A DNA stretch of 64,000 bases from Tubulanus polymorphus (Eukaryota > Animalia > Nemertea), in the NCBI RefSeq assembly GCF_964204645.1, contig NC_134028.1, forward strand, positions 22,068,345-22,132,344, read 5' to 3'. Position numbers and translations under genes: made by a program. Numbering within the stretch: the first letter of the stretch is position 1; every line of letters starts with the position of its first letter. Below, piece after piece: positions 52,386 to 64,000 of the stretch. Under the pieces are notes generated by a model that saw nothing but the letters and a program-made list of their open reading frames with translations, made no database searches and was not told the DNA's origin.

Positions 52386-55300
52386 TCATCCTTTCACCGG
52401 GTTCGACACGCGGAATATACCGGGCAACATCGAACTGAATTCCGTAAACATTTTCTCAGAACAGCCCTGCAAAATACAATACGTACGCGCGATTAGAAAT
52501 AATCAAAATCAAGATCGGTAAATCAAATTAAAGTATACCATTCGTTACAACGTAATTTACCAGAAATGATCTAATCTATTCTATGATTCAACAAGGAAAA
52601 CCATATCACGGAACCCAGAAACTTAGCATGTTAAACTTTCAACTATTCTATTCTTACCATTCGTTACAACGTAATTTACCAGAAATAATCTAATCTATTC
52701 AATGATTCCACAAGGAAAACCATATCACGAAACCCAGAAACTTAGCATGTTAAACTTTCAACTATTCTATTCACAGAAAAGTTTAAGTTTGACATCGTTT
52801 ATTCACTAATCAATGCAGGTACCGATCAGCCTGGTCCTCAGAAACTCTAAATTTTATCAATATTCTGCCAGTTTTTGAACGTCTACACTTCACATGTGTT
52901 CAAGACGTTTTTGATTGAAAATGAACTACATGTACGAACACCAGACATTCAACACTTAATCAGCACACTTTCATTCAAAACCTGATCATCTACACTTCAC
53001 ACATAGTCACAACTTCACCGGAGACATTTGAATTGATAATGAACTACGAACACCAGACATTAGACAATTTATCAGCGCACATTCAAAACTGATCGTCCAC
53101 ACTTCACATCTGGAGGGGTCGAGGGCTGCAACTCGATACCTGCATATGGAACATCCTCAGGCGTCATTATGTTTTTACCTTCGGTACGATGAACTGTATA
53201 GTTCTCGACGACTGTCCCCCCCATGAAGCCATTTCCATCATGAATCCTTTAACGCATTTAAACACCAACTCAGCTCTTCTATTGCACCATTGTACCGTCA
53301 TCTCCTGTAGAGAAAATCGATGCAATATTCTGTTATCAAATACCTACAGAAAATATCTAGAAAAGAATATTGCTGATCCTCACAACAGATCGTAAGTAAT
53401 TATCGATGCACAACGCATGGGTCAAAATTGGCCAGTTTGATCCGGGCCAAGTTGTCTGCGTCTGATCACGGCTCTTACCTCCGACATTTCGTGCGTCAGT
53501 AGTAGCGGAATGCTCAGCGTGAAAATGTCGTATCTGAAGCACATTTTGAGTATGTTGCGTATTCCGAGTATGACCGGGTGTCGAGACGATATATCGGGAG
53601 ACGTCAACGTCTCGTCGGTGACTAGATGAAACGCGACGTGCACGTCCGATAGATTTGAATGGCGCGTCGTATAGAAATCACCGACGTGCATTCGATTCGA
53701 GCGATCTTCTCTCTAAACACGAGAAAACAAAAACGAGAATATTGAAAACATGACCGCGATTAACTGACATCAATCTCAGTGTAGAGTTAACAAATAAAAA
53801 TCCACAGTTAGATAGTTAAAGCCTCGAAGCTGTAAGGAAAATAAACTGTTTTTCCAGATCTAACTGTGGGTTTTATTTGTTAATACTGAAAACACTTTAT
53901 TCTCGCTCCCCGAGGAGAGATGACTGAAATCAGGGCCGCATCTATGAAAATTCAAAGAACAAGGCGGGTTCTAAAAGGAAGGAAGGAATGGGATTCATCG
54001 AATAAAGCAGCCACGCAGAAGACTGTAAACAGGGTTCCACAATTGGAGTTAGATAACGTAGATACCCATCCCCAAAGCGACAATTTCCGAGAGAACAAAT
54101 ATGAGTGTCAACGAAGGCCACCATTGTGCATCAAGATGTCATGATGGTCTAACATACAATAGTTCGGATCCAACCTAGGATGCTATTAGGTATGTATGAG
54201 TTAAATACAAGTCCCTCACTTGAATTCTGAAATCTTCTACTGTGTATTATTATCGTAGCTATACTCACAGATCCTTCACTGCTCGTTGATTTTAAACTAA
54301 CTCTGTCTCCGTCTTCGTTGACCTTGTGCAGAACGCGCCACTCGTTTCCTTTCACGACGTTTTGTTCGATCGATTGGAATTGTTGTTCTAGATTCGGCAG
54401 ATGGAAATCAGTCGACTGTTCGCAGACCTTCGCGAATTCTGAAGAAAATCGATAAAGGAATACAATTCATAGCAATCAGGAAGAGTAAACTCTGCCTTAC
54501 TCAGTAGGTTCAAGTCTTAGGTGACCTGGGTTAGATATTAAATAGCAGTTCCGACACTACTGAGTTTCCCGAATTCTCAACGCAAACAGGAATCAGGGAA
54601 AGTAAACTCTGCCTTACTGAGTACCAGTGAATTTGTTAAAACACTGAAGTCTTAGGTGAACTGGGTGAAAGGTTTACCGCAGTTCCAACACTACTGAGTT
54701 CCCCGATTCACAACGCAAACAGGAATTAAGGATAGTAGACTCTGCCTTACTCAGTGCTGGACAACTCGATAACTTGCTCGAGTCTTTAGTGAATTTTATT
54801 AAATTTGTTTAAAAAGAAAAACTTTCTATTTCCCTAATTCTTAACTCAATGAAATATCCACAGCAGTTCAATCACTACAGAGTTCCCTGATCCTCAACCC
54901 ACTCGGTGAAATATTTACAGCAGTCCCAGCACAACAGAGTTCCCTGATTGTCAAAGCTACCAGGTTCCCTGATCGTCAACTCGGCGATATAGTTACAATT
55001 CACACAGTACCACAAAGATGCAGTTTACTCGTATTACAGTTGAACCTCGTTAAAACAAACTCGGATACAACGATTCTTCGGATATAACAAATATAGAATT
55101 TTGTCCCAAGTAAGACAATTTGATTTATTTCATACTGGAAATAACGCACTATCAGTTATAACTATCTTATTTCCCGGTCCCGTGAAGTTTGCTGTAGTGA
55201 GGAGGCTCCACTGTATGAGTAATCAGTTGATTCTAAGACGATACTAACCTCTTTTGATACCGGTGTATGAGTTTAATCGATTATCAACCAACAAAATTAG

Positions 55301-58300
55301 AGCACTTAGATTATTGGAATACAGCGACATGGCCGTCTGCAAACGTTGCGGAGATGGAATCAACATTCCTCTAAAAATAAATCATTAATGCACATCATCG
55401 TGTAGGGAAACTTCAAACAACCAATAGCACTGCAGAGCTAGCAAGGTCACAGGGGCTCGTAAACTGGCTTGAATTTTATCTAAACAACATCATTTTTAGT
55501 AAAGCGTCGCGACCGTCTGATTCTCGATAAAACAGTTGATTGTTTATCGCAACTTTACACCAGATAATCAAACAATATTAACACAAGGTATTTGCGTGAA
55601 ATTTTGAGTTCATTTGCAGATTGAATTTAGTGCCGTTCTCGCGAGATTGTCAACAACCCGGAAGTAAACCCAAGCCGGTTTACAAGCCCCTGCGATCTGC
55701 AGATGTGCTTTGGGATCATGCATTTATTACGTACGCATAAAATTTGACTTTTTCAACCCCCCTGTACGCAAAATCGGCCATTTTTTCATACACATTAAGC
55801 ATTACAGTACGCACATTTACCCCTCCCCTAATATGTACGTAATAAATGAATGATCCCTTAGGAGAGGAACTTCGTACTCACCCAACTTTATTCGGTTTAT
55901 GCCGACACAAGTCTAAAATATCGACGCACAATAAACGTAGATTGTGCATCGTTTTCTGCTGCGCACCTACAAAATATCGAATGCAATAAATACAGAATGC
56001 GCCTCCTGCGAGTGAGTTCACTCGATTGATGATGATTATAGTAACCATACCTAAATGAATGGTAAAACTTTCTTCCATGCGAGGCTGTGGAACTCCATCA
56101 TCGTCGCACGGTTCAGGCATATTATTGGTTAGAGCACGCACTCTCTGCCTACAAAAAACGAAGAGACAATTGACATACGAAATATTGAATGACAATTTAT
56201 GAAAGCTTGTTACACGGGTAGACCATTATTTACACACAGCCATCAAACACCGAATCTGTCAAAGGGGCGGATTTAGGGGGTGGTCTCGGGGGTTCATAAC
56301 CCTGCCTACCCATTGTAGATGCCGTTTTCATCAAGACAAAGATCGTTAAAATCTTGAAAAAGACAAATTTGAAACTCATCCTTTCGGAAATTGGAGGGCT
56401 ACGACTGAGATTTATCCGTAAAATGCCTTTTTTCTTCTGGACCCCTGCGTTTCGAATTTCCTAGATCGGCCCTGTGTCAAAACAACTGGTTAGGGAAAAC
56501 CTTTTTTGCACCGTCTTACAATGGTTTACTTGGAGCACGTAATAATCAGAGTTCATCATGACCGTATGCTGCTCCAAATAAAAAAGATTCTCTCAAATTC
56601 ACCTGTTTTTAGTGCCCGTGAAACTTACACGAATGAAGGCGTGCCGTGACTAGTTTGGGTATCTTCGTGTACTTTCATCACCCATTCTCGGTATTCACGT
56701 TTCTGCGTCTCTTGTAAATTGCTCAATTCACTGGCCCATTTACTTTCGATCATCTACGTAACATCGAAATCACAGAAAACAAAAATGAGAAAATCGTTCA
56801 ACGCGAACGAGATACAGCACTTATAAATTCGACGATACCTGAGTATTTTCAAACTGTCTTTGAGCTAATTGGTTCACTTGAACATCGGTGTATACAGTTC
56901 CTAGTAAACTAACTGCATCTTCCATTTCTTTACTTTGCCTAGTCAAAAGTAAAACATACTATTGCTATTAATGAGACAATCAAGATTAGAAACTAAATTT
57001 GGTTAATTTGATATAGGAGGTTAAAAATTTTGATGAAATTTCGGTCTAGATGTCCTTTTGTTAGGCAAGCCATTTGTTGTCATGAAAAGGGTCTGGAAGC
57101 GAGGTAGGTAGAGCCTACCTACCTGATTTCAAAGTAACTCATGTTATGGAAGTAGCCAGTTTACTTTATCTCAAAGCGACTGAGGTTCTATATTAAATAG
57201 GCAGCCTACCTGATTTCGAAGTGATTAAGGTCCCGATCGCGTTGCGTGATGACGTCTTCTACGGCTATCGCGTACGTGTGTTCTAAATTCAGTAAAGTCT
57301 CCAGCGCCGGTGAATGTATCAGATTATGATAAACCTCCGAGAAAACCTGATCGTTACTGATTTCGACCGGCTTCGCGTATTCCTTCAACTCCTGCAAGTA
57401 AAGCAATAACAATAACAATATTTCATATTCGAGCAAGAAATCCATGAAATACAATGATTCGGGATAGTTGCCCGATTTAACAAGCCATCAGTCTTTCGCT
57501 GGTGTCTCGTCAATCCAAATTTGATTTGTGCCTTCCGAGCAAGCTGCTAGCCCTGTACACTAACCCTCCCTCTCGCCCACTGACCACACCCCAGAACTTC
57601 GGGTTCACGGGTTCGAATTTCGGTTGCTGTACATGTAGAGGATCTTTTCAAGCAATTCTTATCAGGAAAACATGCATGCCCTGAGTAGCTGTCAGTGGGT
57701 TGAGGGAAACTCTCCACTCAAATCTGGTCGGAGAAAACCGTGTTTAACAGTCTTGTTAAACAGTGTTTAAGGTTTTAACCCTTTCAGTGCGCCTACACCA
57801 CAATGCGGTGTACGAATCAGTGATGGATTTTGCTAGTACACCGCACTGCGGTGTATTGATTTAATTAGTAATTACTAATTATTTCTCTTGAAAGATGGCA
57901 GCACCTGTCAAACAAAGTGAAATATTAGTAACTAACGATATACCGCCCCAGGGTGTAGACGCACTATAGCTATTCCCGTTATTCAACAGACTAGGGTGGA
58001 ATTTTTCAGAATTTTCAAATTATCTTCAGCACTATAGGGTATTGATTAGTCAGCACTGAAAGGGTTAATGATGAAATAAATTCAATTGATGAACTCCAAA
58101 CCTGCGTGAAAACCTTCGCCCACTGATCGACAAGATCATCCACGTCATCGACGTTCTCTTGGAATTTGCGTAAAGCCTCTTCGGAATTTCGGACGTAAAA
58201 CTTTCCAGTTTCTTCCGCTTGGAACGCAGTCAGTGAAGTCTTTAAACCTACAAAACATAGAAAACAAATCTCAAGACTTTATTTTCTATGATTATGATTA

Positions 58301-58914
58301 AGTGTTGCCCGCACGCTGTAAGGAGCCAGCAGAATCACCATATCCATATATTGTGATGATAATATAAAAAGAAACCTACGATATTCCTGAAAGTTACTAT
58401 TAGAACATATAAACGAAGCATTGAATAAACTACTAGCTGAAGGAAATACGTTCGGACTTTATCGTAAAGAATTTCAGGGGGTTATGTATGGGTAGGCTAT
58501 ATGAGGGGAAACTTATTTAACTGATTAAATTTTGATTTCCTGAATTCTAGGGTATTTAAGGACCCGTAGGAACCCTGTTATATTATTTTTCGTTAAATCA
58601 TTATTGTGGGATTCCTTTTAGCCAGAAGGACTACATCTCATCACTCAGTACTAAATCACAACAGCATCACGCGTTTTTCCACTGAAACCTACTGAGGGAC
58701 GCTGCGATTTTTACTAAGTTAGCCACGCCATCTGGTGGTGCGTGATTATCTTACCATTTACGGCGAAGCACGGTAAACAATGCGCTTTGATCAATCGTCC
58801 GACGAGGTCGTCAATAGATGTCTCTAGCGGTATCGTAACCGGTGCCGTTAGCGTACATCGTTCCTCTTTACTCCGGTACGTGTAGACAAAATCTCTTTCA
58901 ACTGTCAACGGCAT
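52386..58914 (-). CDS. FERRY3: C12orf4 / FERRY complex subunit 3 orthologue, 542 aa; exons 58914-58755, 58247-58102, 57391-57210, 56938-56839, 56753-56629, 56148-56051, 55966-55882, 55370-55249, 54438-54269, 53712-53479, 53304-53179, 52466-52386
   Basis: All 11 introns are GT-AG and phase-consistent (1629 nt including stop). Recalled human C12orf4 motifs are matched: [97 protein letters not shown]. Confidence 0.93.
52536..53110. repeat. Two intronic tandem duplications in the last FERRY3 intron: 2 x ~119 bp (52536-52771) and ~2-3 x ~107 bp (52881-53110)
   Basis: TACCATTCGTTACAACGTAATTTACCAG occurs twice; TACACTTCACA-type motifs occur three times. Confidence 0.8.
54474..54980. repeat. Degenerate intronic tandem repeat (~120-bp unit plus subunits)
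   Basis: AGTA[A/G]ACTCTGCCTTACT x3; GCAGTTCC..CACTACTGAGTT and GAGTTCCCTGAT recur. Confidence 0.7.
55037..55213. mobile_element. Tc1/mariner/pogo-type MITE
   Basis: ta|CAGTTGAACCTC...GAGGCTCCACTG|ta; TA flanks and CAGT/ACTG ends. Confidence 0.6.
57779..58064. mobile_element. piggyBac-type MITE
   Basis: ttaa|CCCTTTCAGTGC...GCACTGAAAGGG|ttaa; perfect 12-bp TIR and TTAA TSD. Confidence 0.85.
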
Positions 58915-59635
58915 GTCTGTTCTCGGGACGACACGAGGGTCTGTATCTCACTCGGGACGACACGAGGGTCTGAATCTTACTCGAGACGTGAGGGTCTGTA
59001 TCTCACTGGGGACTACGCGAGGGTCTGTAGCCTATCTCACTGGGGACTACGCGAGGGTCTGTATCTCACTCGGGACGACACGAGGGTCTGTATCTCACTC
59101 GGGACGACACGAGGGTCTAAATCTTACTCGAGACGACGCGAGGGTCTGTATCTCACTCCAGACGACGCAAGGGTCTGTATCTCACTGGGGACAATGCGAG
59201 GGTCTGTATCTCACTCGGGACGACACGAGGGTCTGTATCTTACTCGGGACGACACGAGGGTCTGTATCTCACTCGGGACGACGCGAGGGTCTGTATCTCA
59301 CTCTAGACGACGCGAGGGTCTGTATCTCACTCTAGACGACGCGAGGGTCTGTATCTCACTCCGGACGACACGAGGGTCTGTATCTTACTCGGGACGACAC
59401 GAGGGTCTGTATCTCACTCGGGACGACACGAGGGTCTGTATCTTACTCGAGACGACGTGAGGGCCTGTATCTCACTGGGGAATACGCGAGGGTCTGTATC
59501 TTACTCGAGATGACACGAGGGTCAGTATCTCACTGGGGACTATGCGAGGGTCTGGATCCCACTCAGGGCGACGCGAGGGTCTGGATCCCACTCGGGACGA
59601 CGCAAGGGTCCGGATCCCACTCTGGACGACGCAGA
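58915..59635. repeat. 29-bp minisatellite (GAGGGTCTGTATCTCACTCGGGACGACAC), ~24 units, abutting the FERRY3 start codon
   Basis: Directly visible; contiguous units with point variants. Confidence 0.95.
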
Positions 59636-60002
59636 TACAGTTCACAACCTGCAATCAGATTATTAATGTTGATGACTTATGCTTTATTAATTATGGACAA
59701 ATGTTAAGGACAGGTTTTAAGGACGATTTATGTTAGATGAGCTATTGAGTATCCTTGCAGGTGTCAGTAGTAAAAACACAGCCACTGTCTGACTGCTGCA
59801 CTGGTGCACATTCACACGCAGAGGTTGACCCATAGGGAAGAAAAAAGTCAACTGCCACAGAAAACCATGCCATGCCACACACAGTACACACTCCCTGACA
59901 TCATTAATTTCATTCCAACTTCTTCAGCAAATCATTGCCAATTACCTATCATTAGTTAGATTAGAAGAAAAAGAAATAAACTTGCTGGTAGCAAGGTATT
60001 AC

Positions 60003-60145
60003 CTGGGTCTCATCACTTCGACAGATCCAAAATTCCCGTCCCTCTTCAATATTTGTCGAATTTTTTTTATCTGACAATCCAATCGCTTCCTGCTCCACGC
60101 GACCTTTACGTCCACCGTCTCGGAGCAACCCCTCACGAGATCCAC
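60003..60145 (-). other. Candidate upstream (5'UTR) exon of FERRY3; another candidate at 60910-60964
   Basis: GC-richer block bounded by ggtag| and CAG|gtaata; could splice to the ttgcag| acceptor at 59648. No transcript evidence available. Confidence 0.35.
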
Positions 60146-60508
60146 CTACCAAATATTGATATTGATATATCTATCTTTTTATGCTTTTATTATATTTTAA
60201 ATATTTCAGTGAAATACTGATTGTATTGTTATGTCATGTTCAGTCCGTAAAAATTATTCTCCTCGGTCTTGGTCACTGGATAAAGCGCCGATTGAATTGG
60301 TGGGCTCGTAATCCCATAAAATTAAAAAGCCGTTTTGAATAATGCCTCACAAACAGACACCACGCAGTAACTTTGTAGTTTCTTCCATGAACTTGAAGAT
60401 ATGATAAGTTATAAATCCTTGATATTAGAACAATCCATTTAGAAGAAAGAAGCTATTCTTATTATGATATGTTATGAAATACTAAATCTCCAAACTCAGC
60501 TGCCAGCT

Positions 60509-60590
60509 GACGAGGTGGCCGAGTGGTTAAGGCGATGGACTGCTAATCCATTGGGCTCTGCCCGCGTGGGTTCGAATCCCATCCTCGTCG
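60509..60590 (+). tRNA. tRNA-Ser (anticodon GCT)
   Basis: 82-nt type II cloverleaf: GACGAGG/CCTCGTC acceptor, ATGGA-CTGCTAA-TCCAT anticodon arm, GGGC-TCT-GCCC variable arm, downstream T-run. Confidence 0.97.
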
Positions 60591-62478
60591 ATAGATCTTT
60601 TAATTTTTCAAAGTATATATGGAGGACAACACAAGTAAGTAATAAACATTTGAAGCATTATCTTAATATGCCAAATGATATCTCTTTCATTTTAAGATCG
60701 ACTAAATTCTATAATTCACCAAATTATTTTTTGATCAACTCTATCTACGCATCGCCAATGCGACCCACCAGTGGTTATTACATCTAACTTCAAACTAACG
60801 CGTATAAAAAGTTCTTCCGAGTTTTTTTCAAGAGGTTTTCTATAAATAGGTGATCGGTAGACTATTTTAGGAACATCCACTGAAGACCGGAAAACGCCCA
60901 CTTCAGTACCTCAAGAGTCTAAAGATCGCCATACGCGACGACAACTCATATTAGAACCATTTTCCTGGAATGTTTTTAAGGAGAGATATTTAAGGGTCGG
61001 CGGTGTCATGAAGGACTATTCATTTGAAATCCACTTATAGAATCCCATTTATTGAATCCAAAAGTACCACTGACTCATCATTAGATTATAAGAAAGGTAA
61101 AGGCAAAGCCATCTCAAAAATTTGAATGTATGATAATTAAGTATAGTTGCCGTCTTACTTTGCTTTAACGACTTGGATCTAAGAAAAATAGGCCTACGCA
61201 TACGAAAGCTTTTATTGCAGATGACAATATCAGCCTCAGTGCGCATCATAACCGTCGATTTAAAGATAAAGTTCACACAGAAGTCAAAACCCGGGAGAGC
61301 GCATTGTTAGTCGCATTTTCGGTGAGTTCGGAGATTTATAAAGCGTAAATAAGATCGTAATAGGATAATAGAAAACAACTAAAATCGGTTGTTCGAAAAG
61401 TGGGTCGCGTCTCATTTTGACGCCGGCCGCGTATATTGTAGCGAACGAGAGTTATTCGCGTCTGCGTCGATTCGATGATGATTCGGAGATCACGAGTAAA
61501 GTAGATGTAGCAAGAAATGTGTGTCAGAAGTGGGAAGATGAGTATTTATAATGTGTCAACTAGTCTCGATCGTTAAAAACCACACCGCAAAAGGAACTAA
61601 CTCTCCATACAACATCATCGCGCCGCGGCAGTCATCAAAAGAATACTTATTTATTAGACCATTCGAATTTCTATTTCGTACAACAAACCGCTGAAGGTTC
61701 GGCTGGTGCTGCATTCTCAAGACACAGTTATTTCGAGGATTGTATCATAAACTGGATTTCTATATGCTGCTGCGAATGTCAACTAATCTCTGAACACTCA
61801 CCACGAGCTTTTTTGGCTTGATGCGAGAATAGTTGTATTTGTACTCGAACCGTAAGTTTACAACGACGTGCATAGCATATGTTCGTATCGAGATATATGC
61901 GAATTATTTTTGTTGAAAATTAATCTGCTGAAAAAAATGCACTAAATCTTTTCTTGTTTTCGGGAAAAATGCGATACCAATTGTTTGACAAAAACCCAGA
62001 CGCGATATCAATGTTTATGAGACATGTTCGAAGGTCAAAGCAATTAATCAGACAGACAAAAGCGGACAAAACAATTTTGCATAAACTTTCGACACGGTGA
62101 ATGAATTATTGATCAAAAATATGCGCGACCTAACAAGATCAGACGATTTTCGTTTGTATACCAATTAAAGTATGCCCCTCCAATAGGATAGGCTTATTAA
62201 TCACATTTCAATTTCAACCTGACCTGTATTTGAAATTACGATTTTCATTGAAAAATTATCGAGATTGAATATAATTAAGGAAACCTTCAAGGATTAGCCG
62301 GCCCGTTGGGAACGGTGCATGGGTTTTGACGTGCCACCGTTTGTTTATCGGTATAATTATCTAGTGCACCACGTGATTGATATAAATAGGGCTCTATACA
62401 ATGTGGGGAACTTTGTAAGTTTATTTAGTGCGTAAAATTCGGTTAGTTAATAACAGATATCGATATCTCAGCGGCATA

Positions 62479-63582
62479 ATGGCTGAAACGAAAGCAGTTA
62501 CATTTTCTGACGAGGGGAATAACGTCGAAAAAGTAAGTCACCAGTGTAGTATAACATCGACCCGACAAACTGGATCCAGTTCCACACTTATGAGTTAAGT
62601 CTCTTCATTTTCAAATGAGTTAACTCCGAGTCAAATCTTAACTTGGAACTGTAGAACTTGATCAATTGATGTAGGTAAAGTAATTCGTCAAAACCGATGT
62701 AGTTTTTCCGAAAGTATTTATTTGTTAGATTCTATTCCTTGGATATATCTGCAAATTAGACAATTATTTGATAGAATAGCCCGTACACTCTGACGCGGAG
62801 AACGGTAATAAGACCTGTACAGAATTTAAAAGATTTCATATATCAAAATCAAGAAGTCGTGTTTTCTGATTTTAATTTTCGATTAGATTTAATTCTTAAT
62901 CTCTCAAATTCTGTATATAGTGGATTTTTAACTTATGAGACGATTCTTTATTTATTCGATTCCGTAACGAGTGAATGCGACATTTTGAAGACGAATAATT
63001 CGACAATCGAAATTTGTTTTGTTTTCTGAACTGTTTACCATTGATGAAACACTCTGAGTGTTCGGAATATTTGCTCGTGCTAATATATCAATTCGACGTT
63101 TCGACAATATCCTAGTAGTCATCTCGGTTCCAAGTCCAGTATAGCGGTTTGTTGGTATGTCGGTATGTTTGTATGGCATTAGGTAAAAATTAGTTAAGTC
63201 CAATATAGGCGGATTAATTTCAAATACCAGTCTGATGTGATTGGTCTCGCTGGAACTATGGACCTCAGGACCCAGTTCCACAGTTGTGAGTTATGGTTAA
63301 CTCTGAGTTAAAGTTAGTTCATTTTCAATGAGTTAACTCTTAGTTAATCTAATTGAATCTTAACTCAGATCTGTGGAACTGGACCCAGGAATAACAAAAT
63401 GATGAGATGCATTCCAGGACAACTAGGCATACAAAGCGATTTCGTTCTTGAATGGGATTTTATATTGTTTTAAAGTATCTTTCATTCATTCGTTTACAGG
63501 ATTTGAATGAACAGCGCCGTCACCGCCTTCCTGGCCACGAAACACAATCCCCAATCGAAGAAGCCATGGAGGATGCGCCGGA
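62479..63582 (+). CDS. First two coding exons of an unidentified gene continuing beyond the window: 62479-62532 (MAETKAVTFSDEGNNVEK) and 63500-63582 (DLNEQRRHRLPGHETQSPIEEAMEDAP)
   Basis: TATAAATA at 62381; ATG in good context (ataATGG); both donors are gtaagt; acceptor tttacag; phase 0 join is open. Confidence 0.7.
63268..63386. mobile_element. MITE-like element CCAGTTCCACAG...CTGTGGAACTGG; partial copy at ~62571-62652
   Basis: 12-bp TIR core and internal GAGTTAACTC palindromes shared by both copies. Confidence 0.7.
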
Positions 63583-64000
63583 GTAAGTGTAGAGACATAA
63601 CATAGATCTTGGAGTAATCAGACTGATTACTCCAAGCATAGACATCGTGTCTAGAATGCGTGTATATATTTCCAATGTCATACGAGTTGACTGTCTGAGT
63701 CTACTAATTAAAAATCAACAATATACAAATGCATATAATATATAAGCCCACACTAACAATAAAATGAGTCCAAAATATTTCCTCGAGCTCATATCTATTC
63801 GACGTTTCGACAATATCCCATATAATGCCATGCGAGCTTTCGCATTAAAAAGGACCGTCCTTCTGTTAACGAGACGACGCTTATAAAGACAACTTTTTTA
63901 AATGTATTTATATGAACGAAACGCATTCCTCAAAGTCGATTAACGAATTTGATACTGTCTGTGACGGAAATACCGCGACGGTAATAACCAAGAGATATAT

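Noticed and set aside
58913-59736. Repetitive ORFs (GTTRGSVSHSGRHEGL) in the minisatellite
   Set aside because: The 29-bp unit cycles through frames, starts are non-ATG and stops are scattered.
60003-60964. Possible selenoprotein: in-frame TGA at the end of candidate exon 60910-60964 continuing into 60003-60145
   Set aside because: No recognisable selenoprotein motif, no SECIS identified, and the exons themselves are unverified.
62506-62532. CTGACGA...GAAA hammerhead-like core
   Set aside because: No stem II pairing, and it lies in a coding exon.

Overview
Animal (invertebrate-like) genomic DNA: AT-rich, intron-containing and repeat-rich. It is not prokaryotic, so most entries in the ORF track are noise. 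Genes reconstructed by hand from GT-AG sites with consistent phases: (1) a 2-exon CD164/porimin-like type-I sialomucin (3089-4332, +); (2) three tandem, near-identical HES/hairy-family bHLH-Orange-WRPW genes (42421-49895, -; ~3.2 kb unit); (3) a complete 12-coding-exon C12orf4/FERRY3 orthologue (52386-58914, -; 542 aa) whose ATG directly abuts a 29-bp minisatellite; (4) the first two exons of an unidentified + strand gene at the right end; (5) tRNA-Arg(TCT) and tRNA-Ser(GCT). The apparently gene-empty 10-40 kb region holds several candidate minus-strand ATG-initiated exons that all end in intron phase 2. These suggest a large multi-promoter gene whose body probably lies left of the window. Non-coding highlights: dispersed minimal hammerhead-ribozyme motifs of the Penelope-like type (often in inverted pairs), miR-29 and Pumilio sites in the HES 3'UTRs that differ between paralogs, HES-binding sites in the HES promoters, a hairpin carrying multiple CRE sites, a 75-bp-arm palindrome, and many MITE/SINE copies. 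All homology calls come from recalled motifs, not from database searches.
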